NCBI GenBank assembly: GCA_965645245.1
Contig: OZ287075.1
Location: 868,001-932,000 of the forward strand
Source: Massalongia carnosa
Taxonomy: Eukaryota
Reading direction: 5' to 3'
Length of the DNA stretch: 64,000 nt
Part shown: piece after piece, positions 26,687-39,305 of the stretch
Numbering within the stretch: the stretch's first letter is position 1
Layout of the letters: each line of letters begins with the position of its first letter
Notes under the pieces: model-generated
What the model was told of the DNA's origin: nothing
Database searches by the model: none
Seen by the model: only the letters and a program-made list of their open reading frames with translations
Made by a program: the position numbers and the translations under genes

Positions 26687-28296
26687 TTTACCTTCCTAGA
26701 ACCACTACCCCGACAACCGGAGCACCGACTGAACTAGGTCAGAACGGAGGCCTACCGCCCTGCCTGCGGCCTAGACTCCACCAACAATATTGCCTGGAGG
26801 GAGCTATTTCGATAGGCGGACTCTCTACCCTAGCAAACAGTAGCCGTCTACCCTACCAGCAGCCTAAACGCCACCAAGAACTCACGACCTAGAGGGGAGT
26901 CATTTCGATGACCGGCCCCTTTCCATTCGACCACCCATATTCTACCAGCTGGACCACTACATGGGCGACCACCCATAGGTCTACCGGACTACCATATAGA
27001 CGACCTGGAGGGAAGCTATTTAGGTAGTTATTCCCACTACTATAAGGTCCTAGGACCACCTACGGAGAGCCTATCATTGTACACATCGGCCGGAGTGTCG
27101 TCCCGAGTACCTGCAAACATTTCTACATACACAGACAGAGTAAAAACGATTCAAAATAGACCACAAATATTTGGGTTATAAATGATTTTCGTTGGTCAAG
27201 TCATGGTTTATTGATTTACAACTAAAATCATGAAAATAGTTTAGTGTCATAACCTTAGGTTGCATACACTTATTGAATAAATAAAATAAAATAAAAAAGA
27301 TCTATACCTCGTTAATATCGGAGTATATATTTTTAGAAGTTTAAGTCCTTTCTAGCAGTCATCAGCTGAAAATAATTCATTTTAAGACGGGCATGGTTTG
27401 GATTTGACACGGGTAGACCTCGATATATCATAAAACGGAGGAAAAAATTTCAACGGAGTTTCGCTAATATTTTTCTCGAAGATCTCGTTAATAAGATTTT
27501 CGTAGACCTCGTTAACAACGTTCGATCATACTCTTAAACGTTTACGTCCTTTTATGCAGTCCTCGGCTGAGAGCTAGAGACGTACGACACGGGTCAACTA
27601 TGTTTATCACACGGGTCTCCTTGGTCTACAAAACGGAGCCCTCTGGCTGAAAGAAATAAAACATATAGACACAGAGTGTGGGGTCACCCTGTACGATACA
27701 AAGGATTTGGCTTATAAAACCTATCCGATTAATGGCTACCGTGAGCAGCACGGCCTGAACTGGAGTCGTACCGGGGATAGTGGAGGCTACTTAGTCATCA
27801 AATAGGACACCCTTAGGACAGGAAAATGGTAATATACGAGGAACCCGTTAATTGATAACAGTCTAGGCCCTGAGTTAATAGACGAATTTCAAACGAGAAT
27901 TCCTCCGAGTTGTCCTAGACTCGTTTTGGTTAGTTGGGACGGAAAATCGGTACTATACTGCCTGGTCAGGAGCATAGTAGCCGAAATCCCCGCGAGACAT
28001 CGTCGGTTCATAAACGAGAAAACTTTATGAATAACGCGAAGTGAGTATAAAAAACCCGTGAGGCGTGGTATGCAATGGCTACTACCGTACGGAGACCGTC
28101 TGCATAGCCCGAGAGGACAGTATACGTATGTCGGTATATATAGAGCAGGAAATGTCTATTTCGCTCGTAACGAGACCTCGTCGGTTTGCCGGCGCATGGG
28201 CTACTGTAACAGGGGTGGTAATAAGTATTTAAAGCCACTGAGCCAAAAGGCTACTATAGTAGTTCACCTATAGAGACACTACCGCTTATTACATTA

Positions 28297-30892
28297 CGCG
28301 GTAATATTTTAAAGTATTCGAAATAGCTACCGTAGTGGCAACCTTAGTCCAGAAAAATATCATACAAAGATGTAAATTGATACTATTTATGACGACGAGA
28401 TGTATAATTGCTACCTTGATTAAATAATAAAACATATTATCTATGAAAAGTATTATCAGCTTATGCGGCAATTACTTGATATATTCTTTTCATTTGATTG
28501 AGAATAAATAGATTAATATCCTTCTTAATGTCCAATTTCTTCCCTTCATCTAACCACGTCAACTCCAATTCATGTCTGCCTTTGATAAAAGGTCTTCGAT
28601 TACTGATCCGTCGTTTCATAAGGTCCCACATATGTTCAATGGGATTGTGATCCGGACTGTTTCCCGGCCAATCAAATATTACAACGTCTTGCTCGATAAA
28701 TAAAGGCTTTTGCCATTGAGAAGTATGATTGGAAGTACCATCCTGCATCAAAAGAGCTTGAGGACGTGTTGGTTTAAAAATCTGATAGACTGGAAAAAGT
28801 AAAGGCCGAAGTATACAATATTGATATCGATACCAATTGATGCCTCCCAATTTAGAACTAGCACAGGGAGTCTAATAATAATACCCTGTATGCGATAAAA
28901 TAATGGTTCTTTGACGTTGTTGACGAAACAGCCCCGCTTTTGGAGTCTTATCTGCTTTCTTTTGTATGACTTTTCGTATAAAATCAAGAGTAGCAAATTC
29001 TTTGATTGAATCTTTTCTTTCCTGAGGATTTTCCTTTTGATACACGTGACAGGGACCTTTCAAATTTAATGCGATAGCATACCAAAACATAAACGTCGAA
29101 TAACCAGAAAAGGATTTCTCTGTAATGGGCTACGAGACCAGTAAGCTTATCACGAGCGACACTGATCTCGAAAGGGGAAATGCTCAGCGTGAGAGGAGGA
29201 AGATAGCTACTACGTGCTAGTCTCCGAGAGTATACGTGATCCAAAGAACTAATGGATGTGGAAGTGCTTTGACCAAGAGATCTCGTCCGAGACCCAAACG
29301 TAGGTTGTTCATAGAATAAAGACTAATTGCTAACGAATACTACAAGATTCGTTCTGATATTTATCCTACTCACCCCAAGCCTATAGCCTTGGGAGCCTTG
29401 GAACCTTAGGAGCCTTGCAAGCCTTGGGAGTCTTGCGAGCATTACAGCCTTGCAATCCACATCCGACTTTATCGCATTACATCCAACCATCCCTCAGGAT
29501 CCATCCACGAACTCGGCGTTCGCTGGATCATCTAGTCAGCCTCGAGCAGCCTTCTAGATCTTCCCTTGCAAGGTAGAACAATTCTATCCCCGGCTAGATC
29601 CCTCACTACATGCCTCAGGCTCTGTAGCTTCATTTCGCCGTCACCACTACCTAGTGATGGAAGGTTACCTCCGACTGAATACCTCGCTACACTGCGGACC
29701 TGCCTCTAGACACAAGGTCTAGACAACGAGGTCATGTAGGTTCATTCAGCCGACATCACTACCAACGTAGTAATAAAGGTTGAAGCTGAAGTTTACACCG
29801 GGGAGGCTATACTCAAGCTGCGTCCAGCGAGCCGTGCCTCCTGCTACCTCTCTTGAACTATTAAGAGATCCAGTAGCTCCGAGTAGGCCAGTAGATCCCA
29901 TATAGAGTTCCTTGGCGTCTCCACAGGAGTCCGCCTTACACTCCATGGCAATCTACCACCACGGCCTCGACAGGTGTTTGATCTGTAAGTAGTCAAGAAC
30001 GTGATAACAATAACTCCGAAGTTTCGGGGCAAGATGGTAGTGTGTCAGCCTCGACGGCTTATGCGACTTCGTACTACGGCATGGTCCACGCTAGTTAATC
30101 CCGCAACCGCCATAGGCGATCACGTATCCCTCTAGCGCCATCCGTATTACATTCTCACAGTATTCCTTCTTCTACTCTTCATTCTTAGTATAAGTTATAT
30201 GAATTAAACCATATGTTTCTCCCAATTTACCGACGTCTTATCGGTAAATATCACCAACCCCCAACCCGATTTATCCGTAATATACCAATCCTTCTTTGTT
30301 ATACACTAATTCAATCGTTTTTGGCTCATTTCGAGATTCAAATTTGACTTGTGACGAGGTGAATATTGACCTTATCCTGCTTTTGAAAGGCTTTATCGAC
30401 GCTTAATATGGAAGCTTGAACTTCGTATTCTCGAGCAACTTTCATCCAAGTAACTCGTCTCTATTCGTACGTGGAAGAGGCCAACGCTAACATACTATCG
30501 ATTTGATCTTGATGCAGCAAAGGAGGCCTACCAGATCGAGACCCGGGAGCCGTATTTTTGAGATGAATGCAGTCGTCATGATAAATTTGGGCCTGTTTCT
30601 CCGCATGACGAGTTATATCTGAAATGGTTAATACTGGAACTCCCGTAAGAGCTTCAATTTCTTTCAAAGGTAATCTTTGAAAATTTCGAGCATAAGTTAT
30701 AGCTCCACGAGTAGTTAGACTCACTTCACGACCTCGCCTTTGAACTGGCATAATATAATTAAATTAAATGTATGATGATATTCGATGTTGTAAATAACTA
30801 ATATTTGCAAAAAGCCTGGACCCCTACGGTGACTATACGGCGTGCAGTTGCACCAGGGTAGTGCATTCCGAATACTTTAAAATATTACCTCG
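28297..30892 (-). mobile_element. Second Tc1/mariner (DD34E) transposon, interrupted by a family D solo LTR
   Basis: TIRs CG(C/A)GGTAATATTTTAAAGTATTCG flanked by TA; ORF pieces MPVQRRGRE...RSGRPPLL, VIFTD, LMQDG...WPGNSPDHNPIE. Confidence 0.88.
29121..30151. mobile_element. Long solo LTR (family D), independent insertion
   Basis: TGTAA...ATTACA termini; own TSD TTCTC. Confidence 0.88.
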
Positions 30893-31426
30893 TACATATG
30901 GGTGCCCCGCGCCCGGTATGTTACCGTACTTACTTAGGCGCTTATGTATTGCGCCGCTGGCTAGCAGTACTGAGTACCGCTGTAATAGCTACGGCTAGAC
31001 TCGCCCTTGATATATGCTTACGGTGTGGAAGGAGGAACTGGGTGGTGTGCGTGGTCCACTACTGCTAGGAGTGCAAGAGAACTAACAAACAAGAGAACAG
31101 AACAATAGAATAAGAACAATAGCTAGACTGATCACTGTAAGCCTCGCGCCTCGTGCCTGATGCCTCGTGCCTGTGAACTGTATGTGTTGATACTATGTGT
31201 TGTAGTTATTGCTACGAGCATGCTTGCTCTAAAAGGAAAAGAACTATCTATAACTAAACTAAAAGAAAGACTGTTACGTGACTTCCCCGCTACCTTTACC
31301 GAGTATCAGCCGAAAAGAACCAACTCCCGAACCGCTAGCAATTTGAATTTAGAGTATCACCGCTCCACCCCCCTACATAGTTCCCCTCTCTCTTTAGGTG
31401 TCGACCCCTGACACCTACCACTGTTC

Positions 31427-31942
31427 CTACTCCAGCGTTCGCTTCATTCCGGCCTCAGCAAACACTAACTCCTCCTCATCCAGCTCGGGTCCCGGAGTCG
31501 TATCAATGTCATCAGAGATGTGAGGAATGGGCCTGCCATGTGACTCTCGCTTTAACCGAAAAGATGACCTAGTCCCAAAGTCCTCTTCCTCTGCTTTCTT
31601 CACATGCTGAAACATAATAATGGCCTCCTTTAGTGTCCGATTCCTCCATTCTCCAACTGCCCGTGACAGTTGGGCCATATCCACCTCCTCAATAACATCT
31701 TCTCGTTGAGCTTTGAACTCTTCTTCTTTCATCACCGAGGCCCAGGCATCATTCTGTATGACATAGTCATAATAGTCCACTATGCTATCCCCTAGCATAT
31801 GCTGGAACTCTATTAGCTGCGATTCTATGGTCCTCTGTCCCTCGTATCGGTCTGCTGGGGTCAATGTCTCAAGAAAAGCTAGTGCGTCTGTCATGTGGTG
31901 GAAGCGGTCATTTCCTAGGACAATGACTAATTGGAAAGACAT
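31427..31942 (-). CDS. Accessory ORF3 of G1, 171 aa, unknown function
   Basis: Open frame between pol and PPT; differs from the G2 copy by one residue. Confidence 0.6.
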   Translation of the reverse strand: MSFQLVIVLGNDRFHHMTDALAFLETLTPADRYEGQRTIESQLIEFQHMLGDSIVDYYDYVIQNDAWASVMKEEEFKAQREDVIEEVDMAQLSRAVGEWRNRTLKEAIIMFQHVKKAEEEDFGTRSSFRLKRESHGRPIPHISDDIDTTPGPELDEEELVFAEAGMKRTLE

Positions 31943-33956
31943 GCCAAAAGATGTAAGGCAAGTAAGATAAGATAAATTGTTCCAAGTTATCGAGTAGCTT
32001 GCTGACTTTCGCTTAGATAAGAAGTTGAGCTTAGCAGAGATGTTTGCTGATAGGAAGATAGTATATGTGCTGATCAGGTAGGTAGTAAAAGCTAGATACT
32101 TTGCTGAGTTCTGGTAGTATGGAAAAGGTAAAACATGGAGGTGAGGATTCGGAAGATGGCAATTTCGACTAAGGTTGGTGAAGTTTTCGGTGAATTTTGG
32201 TAAGTGTGAAATGAAACTATTCCGAAGGTTCGTGTGCTTCCTCCGCTGACAATATGCATTTTACTAAGGAAATTCGTTCGATATAGGTAGTCGGATATGT
32301 CAATTTTCCACCGTCTCCATCGCATCAGCACGTCTGCTAGGAATCACTACTGCCATTGGCCAGCCAGGTGGAATCATGGACTGTCGGTCGTCCTCGTCCC
32401 CCCCATGGTTTATAGTCGGCCCCTGACTATTATGTTGCTCAGGTTCTTCTATCGGAGGTAAATTAATATTTTGCCGAGCATGAAATGGTTTCAGTCGATT
32501 TCCTGCAAAGGTTCCAGCTAATAGGGTGCCGTCTAGTTCACATAGTTTGTAAGTTCCCTTATCAACAATTGTTTGTTGAATTTTATATGGTCCTAACCAC
32601 CTGAAAGTTAGTTTGCCTGTGTGCTGATTGTCTAATTTAGTGTCGTGCAAAAGAATTAATTGACCCTCGGTGAGTTCAATTGATCTCAGATTGTTCAGAG
32701 TGTCAAAGGTCTCTTTGCCTTCCATTCTTTGTCTTTGCAGGAATAAAGCTGTCTCTTCCATGTCTTCATCCCTTCGCTGTATTTGTCTCGCATGCATAGC
32801 TAGCAATTCGTCTGTTGTATGAACTTCATTCCATGGTTCTATTCTCCATGTTGGAATTTCCAGTTCAGTTGGTAGAACAGCCTCATTGCCGCTATTCAGA
32901 TAGAAAGGTGTGTTGCCGGTGCTAGCACGAACTGTTGTCCGGTCGGCCCATAGTACTGCAGGAAGATTATCAACCCATTTGCCCATGCCTCCATTTGTCA
33001 TTTTGGATAATGCTTGAACAACTGGCCGATGTCCCCGTTCTATCATGCCATTGGCTTGCGGATGATAGGCAGAAACAACTACTCTTTTGATACCATATCG
33101 ATTTGCTAATTCGATAACAGCATCTTTGTTTTCTGGTCCACCATCAACAATCAGTTTTCCGAAGCACCCATGTCTGCATATAACATCTTCCCACAAGAAT
33201 CTCGCGACATTTTGAGCGGTAGCTTTTCCTAGTGCTCTACCCTCGACCCATCCGGAAAAGTCATCTCTGGCCATAACAATATAGTGCTTGCCTCGACAAG
33301 CTGGCATGTGTACCACGTCTAAGCCAACCTTCTGCCACATGAAGGTAACCCATGTCGGATGAAGTGCTTCCTCGAGCCTAGTGGGGTCACGTTTCTGACA
33401 TTCCTCGCAGGACCGAACATAGCCTTTTACATCATCGTGCAATTGTTCCCACCAGTACCTGTCTGCTATGCGTCTGTATGTGCCCTCTCTGCCTCTATGT
33501 CCACTTTCGTCATGTAGCTGTTTCAATATTTCCAACTTCCGCTCATCAGAGTCTATCACTCGCCTGGAAGGTACGTTCTTGCTGTTTCGTCTATAAAGAT
33601 GGCCATCTTGTACTCGATAGCGCAAGGCCTCGCTCTTAAACGCCCTAAACTCTTTGCGGTTTAGTCCAACCGGCTTTTGTAGTGATGTTAGAAATGCAGC
33701 GATTCTCTCGGACTTATCACTATATCCGGCCTTTAGCACTTTTTCGTCTGGCACCTCGTCTGCGGAGTTAACGGAAATTGGACAGGCCCTTAGTGAATTC
33801 AGTTCGGCATCTATGAAGTCGTCTATGTCTTGCTCCTGCTGTTCGGCCCGAATTTCTTCCTCAGTATGAGGTCGTCTAGACAGTCCATCTGCTGCCGTAT
33901 GTTTTCGGCCAGCAACATGTTTGACCTCGAAGTCAAACAGTCGTATCCATGCTATC

Positions 33957-36900
33957 TGTTGAGGATAGCCGAGATGTCTGCTTATAGAAAATGGCACTAA
34001 CCCCAATGCGCACTAGCTATTGGAAGTATTTGGATTGGCCACCTTGGGATTTATCATCAACATCCCGCGTCTGATATTCTAGGAGACATTCGAACATTCT
34101 ACAGTGGATTGATAATGAGGCAAATATGTCAGCTTTGGAACTCCGACAAAGACGAGCTTACATATCAGCATTTGACTGACCGATCACATAGAAAGTGGGA
34201 GAATCGTGCTCAAGGCAGGCAGCGGTATATAATGGGCTATATGCCCCCATAGATAGCCTCAGTCATTTTCAATCAATCATTAGTAGCCTGCCATTGGATC
34301 AGCTTGATCATCGCACGTACTTTTTGCTGTTGTTTCCTACTTCCACCCCTATAATCCGTAGCCTCCGCAACAGGTTATGAGCCCGGTCAGCCAATAGGAA
34401 AAACAGTCTGAAAATCGACTCGAAATGTCTTCATCCACCCCTCAACAAACGCCCGGCCCCGAAATCGTGGTCAAGGATAGATCAGATGGGGCCGACGGTC
34501 GGATCACGTCCGGAGCAGGGGTAAGGGATGTTAAAGTTCCCAAACTAACCGAGGAAAATTATCGTACATGGAGTAAGATAATGAAGAATAACCTGATAGG
34601 TAAAAAGCTCTGGAGCATCGTCATTGGACGAATAGTATGCCCGGACGAGACTCGGCCCAGTGATCTGGAAGCATGGGAATTCAACAATGCTACGGCCATG
34701 ACATACATCATGACGGCCGTAGATGACAGACAGCTTCAACACATCATCCGATTGGACACAGCCAACGATCAGTGGGAGACACTAAATCGTATTCATAGGG
34801 ATATCGGACTGACACGCCTTATACCTCTTTCTAGACGGCTTTGTGGTTACAAAGCCGGCCCATCAGACTCCGTTGAGCAAATAGCTTCGGAGCTACGAAC
34901 CATTGCTGCTGTAATGGCCGAAATTCGACCCGGGGAGGAACCGTCGGAGTTTCTTCTAGCTCGAATATTGATGGATTCAATTGACGGGACCCCGTACGCC
35001 ATGGCTAGGGCCCTGTTGGAAGACAAAGGAGAAATAACCATGACCATGGTTATAGAAAAGTATAAGGAGGTGGAATCAAGAAATAAAGATGAGATAAGCA
35101 TCCCGGAAATTGCTAATAAGGCCTCATCTAGCCGAAAATTCACTGGAAAATGTTTCTATTGTGATAAGGCTGGCCACATAAAAACGGACTGTTTTCAATG
35201 GTTGAAAACGGATGAGGGCCGAGAGCACAAGCGGAAAAATGAAAATGCTTATCAAACCAATGATAGTAAGAGGCGGGGGAAATCATCAGGGAGTCGGGGC
35301 CGAAAAACGAAGAAATCGGACGAAGCACGACTGACCCAGGAGAATGATGCCCGATCTGAAGAAAGCGACTCGGAATACGCCCGTGCGGCTACCGAAGTCG
35401 AAGATTTTGGCCTGATGGCTCAAAATAAGGACGCGGTCCCTGCTCAGGAAGAATTTGCCCTGGTGACTCGAAACGATGACGCGGTCCCACTCGAAAAACT
35501 CAAGGAATGGGTTATTGACTCCGGAGCGAGTCGACATATGACCCCTGATAGGGGAATATTCGTCAACATGATGTTGATTAGAACGACAGTGCGTGTGGCC
35601 GACGGAACGGTCATCTCGTCAATTGGTCGAGGAGATATTCTCATTCGGATGAGAAACGGGGAGAAAATACGATTAACCGAGGTGTTATACGTCCCCGAGC
35701 TCGACACCAATCTTCTGTCCATACGAGCTCTTCAGACAAAGGGAATTTCTGCCCGCTTTGGTCTGAATGGAGTCGAAATAACCCGAGGGGATGCCTTACT
35801 GGCCACGGGAGTCCTGATTGGATCGTCGTACTTATTGAGGCCTGCCAGAGAAGATGTGGCCCTAGTCACCGACATGATAACGACGAAGAAAAAGCATATT
35901 CCGAATCCGAATCGGGACGGATATCTTTTGTGGCATGCCCGAATGGGTCATGTCGGACCAGGGAGGCTTGAAAAGCTCCCATTTCTGACCACCGGAGTCG
36001 GAAATTCAATAAAGCATCAGCATGATGGCGAAAAATGCGTCACCTGCAAATACACCAAAATGACGAAAATAATCAGTCGAATGCCCCCATTAAAAGCCAC
36101 ACGCCGGGGGGAACGTACATACTCGGACTATTGGGGCCCGTACAAAGTAATGAATTTACAGGGGTCCCAGTATTTTTTATCATTCATTGACGACTACACG
36201 CGTCGGTCAGAGGTGTATTTCGGGCCCAGATCAAGCCTGAGGGAGAATTTCTATCGATACAAAGCGAAATTCGAAGCCGAGACAGGGGAAAAACTGGCCC
36301 TGATTAGGAGCGACAATGCCAAGGAATATCATGCTCTGAAAAAAGACCTTTTGAATGAAGGCATTCTGATGGAATTTACTGATCCGTACACTCCCGAGCA
36401 AAACGGGGTCGCTGAGCGGATGAATCGGACACTAATGCAAATGGTTAGGGCCATGCAATTATGGGCCGGATTACCCAGAGAATTTTGGGGGGAGGCCCTG
36501 ATGGTAGCCAATTATTTAAGAAATCGGCTACCAACGAATACTCACGGGGGAAAAATGACCCCGTATGAGGCCTGGTATGGCCGAAAACCGGACCTGAATC
36601 ACATACGAACCTACGGATGCTTGGTGCATGCCCGTATCCCCAGTGAAAAAAGGGATAAAATGGATGTCGTGTCATTTCAGGGAATTTTTGTTGGTTATCA
36701 TTCGTCGAAACAGTATCGAGTCTATAACCCCGTTACGAAGAAAATCGGCTGGCATGCGGCCCCCGAATTCTTCGAGGACTGGCCCGGAGGGCCGTTATTG
36801 AATGCTCCGAGCCGGGCTGGGACTAGAGATTATTGGTTAGAAATGAGGGGGGAACATACATCGGTCATTTGGCCCATGGTCCTGGGGACGGGCCCCGGAG

Positions 36901-37379
36901 ACGACACGGATAGTCGAGGATATGCGAGGGCATGAAGTTATTCAGACATTCTCGGAGTGGGAGTGTTGAGGATAGCCGAGATGTCTGCTTATAGAAAATG
37001 GCACTAACCCCAATGCGCACTAGCTATTGGAAGTATTTGGATTGGCCACCTTGGGATTTATCATCAACATCCCGCGTCTGATATTCTAGGAGACATTCGA
37101 ACATTCTACAGTGGATTGATAATGAGGCAAATATGTCAGCTTTGGAACTCCGACAAAGACGAGCTTACATATCAGCATTTGACTGACCGATCACATAGAA
37201 AGTGGGAGAATCGTGCTCAAGGCAGGCAGCGGTATATAATGGGCTATATGCCCCCATAGATAGCCTCAGTCATTTTCAATCAATCATTAGTAGCCTGCCA
37301 TTGGATCAGCTTGATCATCGCACGTACTTTTTGCTGTTGTTTCCTACTTCCACCCCTATAATCCGTAGCCTCCGCAACA
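33957..37379 (+). mobile_element. Ty1/Copia element lacking RT and RNase H
   Basis: 416-bp LTRs (33957-34372, 36964-37379) that look identical; TSD CTATC; PBS GGTTATGAGCCC; PPT GGAGTGGGAG. Confidence 0.93.
34425..36935 (+). CDS. Copia Gag-protease-integrase polyprotein (836 aa), no RT/RH
   Basis: CFYCDKAGHIKTDC knuckle; WVIDSGASRHMT protease; LWHARMGH...CVTC; IRSDNAKEY and TPEQNGVAERMNRTL integrase; stop 28 nt before the 3' LTR. Confidence 0.9.
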   Translation: MSSSTPQQTPGPEIVVKDRSDGADGRITSGAGVRDVKVPKLTEENYRTWSKIMKNNLIGKKLWSIVIGRIVCPDETRPSDLEAWEFNNATAMTYIMTAVDDRQLQHIIRLDTANDQWETLNRIHRDIGLTRLIPLSRRLCGYKAGPSDSVEQIASELRTIAAVMAEIRPGEEPSEFLLARILMDSIDGTPYAMARALLEDKGEITMTMVIEKYKEVESRNKDEISIPEIANKASSSRKFTGKCFYCDKAGHIKTDCFQWLKTDEGREHKRKNENAYQTNDSKRRGKSSGSRGRKTKKSDEARLTQENDARSEESDSEYARAATEVEDFGLMAQNKDAVPAQEEFALVTRNDDAVPLEKLKEWVIDSGASRHMTPDRGIFVNMMLIRTTVRVADGTVISSIGRGDILIRMRNGEKIRLTEVLYVPELDTNLLSIRALQTKGISARFGLNGVEITRGDALLATGVLIGSSYLLRPAREDVALVTDMITTKKKHIPNPNRDGYLLWHARMGHVGPGRLEKLPFLTTGVGNSIKHQHDGEKCVTCKYTKMTKIISRMPPLKATRRGERTYSDYWGPYKVMNLQGSQYFLSFIDDYTRRSEVYFGPRSSLRENFYRYKAKFEAETGEKLALIRSDNAKEYHALKKDLLNEGILMEFTDPYTPEQNGVAERMNRTLMQMVRAMQLWAGLPREFWGEALMVANYLRNRLPTNTHGGKMTPYEAWYGRKPDLNHIRTYGCLVHARIPSEKRDKMDVVSFQGIFVGYHSSKQYRVYNPVTKKIGWHAAPEFFEDWPGGPLLNAPSRAGTRDYWLEMRGEHTSVIWPMVLGTGPGDDTDSRGYARA

Positions 37380-39305
37380 CTATCCATCGGACTATCAGAG
37401 CACCAGGCAAATCGGTACAAGCTCCATTCAATTGCGCCACTAGGACGTTGGCGTCTGTCTCCAACACAAAGTGAACTCCATATAGCCAGTGCCTTGTCTT
37501 TTTCAATGCCTTTAGAACGCCTCGACACTCTCGCTTGGTTGCATCATATCGCTGTTCCACCTCGCTCCATACTCCGCTTTCGTACCGAATGGGGTGACGC
37601 TTGCCATCAAAGATTTGCATCAGTACAGCGCCCCATCCTTTCAAACTCGCATCCACAGCCAATATGATAAGTCCAGCTAGCTCGCTATAGTCAATGGTCT
37701 TTAGTGCTGGCGGAGATGTCAGAGCTATCTTCAGCAAGTCCATTGCCTCGGTTTGTTCCATGCCCCATACAAAAGCAACATCTTTCTTCAGCAGACGATA
37801 TATTGGTTCAGCAACAATGGCAAAGTCCAATATCCATATGCGATAGTACACACACACACCTATAAAAGCACGAGCGGAAGAAGCGTCGGTGCATATCGGC
37901 CACTCTAGAATTTTGATGACCTTAGCGGTGTCCGGATGTCTACCATCTGAGTCGGTCACAAATCCTACTATCTTCAGACCGGCCATGCAAAATTGCGACT
38001 TTTCTCCGGAGATAGTGCATCCAGCCCTTTCTATGTCCGCGAGTACCCCATCTAGCCACGTGAGATGTTCAAGCACGTACTTTCTGATGCCCGGTGCCAC
38101 TTCTTCACCACCATAGTCAGTCTTCGGCCCCTTCACTCCGATGTCATCAAGGAAAGGTTTAGCACGATTCGGAATGTAGTCCTGCAGTATCTTTGTCACT
38201 ACCCGTACGAACTGTGCAACCGAATTGGTAGCTCCCATTGATATAGATGTCATTCGCAATAGTCCTATTGGTGTCATGAAGGCGGTCATGTCTCGACTAT
38301 GAACATCGAGTTCCATTTGGTCATATCCTGAAAACAAGTCGATCAAGGAAGCGATGTGGCAGCCAGCAAAGTCCTCTGAGAATTCGTCTACCGAAGGTGG
38401 CAGATTTGCGTCTCGGATGCTCACTTTGTTCATGTCTAGGGCCGCATTAATTAATCGGTACTTATTTTTCTCTTTCTTCTTCACTATGAACCATGGATTT
38501 CGATAGGGACCATGACAAGGTTCCAACGTTCCTCGCTGCAGTCGGTCCTTCAGCATCTCTATCACCATCGGTACCAGGGCCCTTGGCAATGGGAATGATG
38601 GGGTCTGCCATGCCTCATGTGGAATGGTGTTGATTTTACATGGTGGAGACACCTCAGGTTTGACTCTGCCCATCTCGGAAAACTCCCATGACAGCGCTGC
38701 TTCTCGGTTGTATAACATCTGGGTCAACAATTCTTTCTCAGCAGACGTCATACTGTCGCCCACTGTCATTCGCTGCAGCCGTTCCGGTGTCAATCGTGAA
38801 CCTTTGAATATTGTCGAGAACTTTGGAATCAGCCAATCAGGAAACTTTTCTAACTTTGGTAGACCTCTCTCTTTCTCTAGCGCCTTCGCCTTCCAATCTG
38901 CCATTCCACCAGGTATGGTGCCATCCGACTGGTCAGAATTCACTGGTCGAACTTTTACCGCTTTCCGCTTATACGCCGTGTCAACTCTCACCGTACTCCG
39001 CTTGCCGAACACTCTGTTTTGATTGATTGTATATATGTCGAATTTTCGAGAGAACCTTAGAGAGGAAAGTCCGACCGAGCCAATTAAGCGCGACGGTGTA
39101 AAGGCGCGAATATAGTGATCCATCGCTGCCACTTCCGCAATAGTCGCTGAGGGAGTTAGGGCTATTTGATTTAACAGGCCGGGCCTGTTAAATGGAACGG
39201 AAGAACCACTTTCCGGAAGTCCCACCCTAACACTCGATACTTTCGCTCTCTCCAGGTTTTTACCACCACTACCAACCATGGACCTGTTCTGCACATGGTG
39301 GTTGG

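Noticed and set aside
27335..27371. Hammerhead ribozyme (CTGATGA on the minus strand) or a tRNA gene
   Set aside because: No convincing stem II, GAAA core or stem III, and no cloverleaf; kept only as an unexplained motif
22506..30151. Single full-length LTR retrotransposon bounded by the two 1-kb repeats
   Set aside because: Each repeat has its own TSD, the second interrupts a Tc1 element, and no gag/pol lies between them
32092..32331. 79-aa ORF overlapping the pol end in both G copies
   Set aside because: Its conservation is explained by overall copy identity; no motif and no evidence of selection
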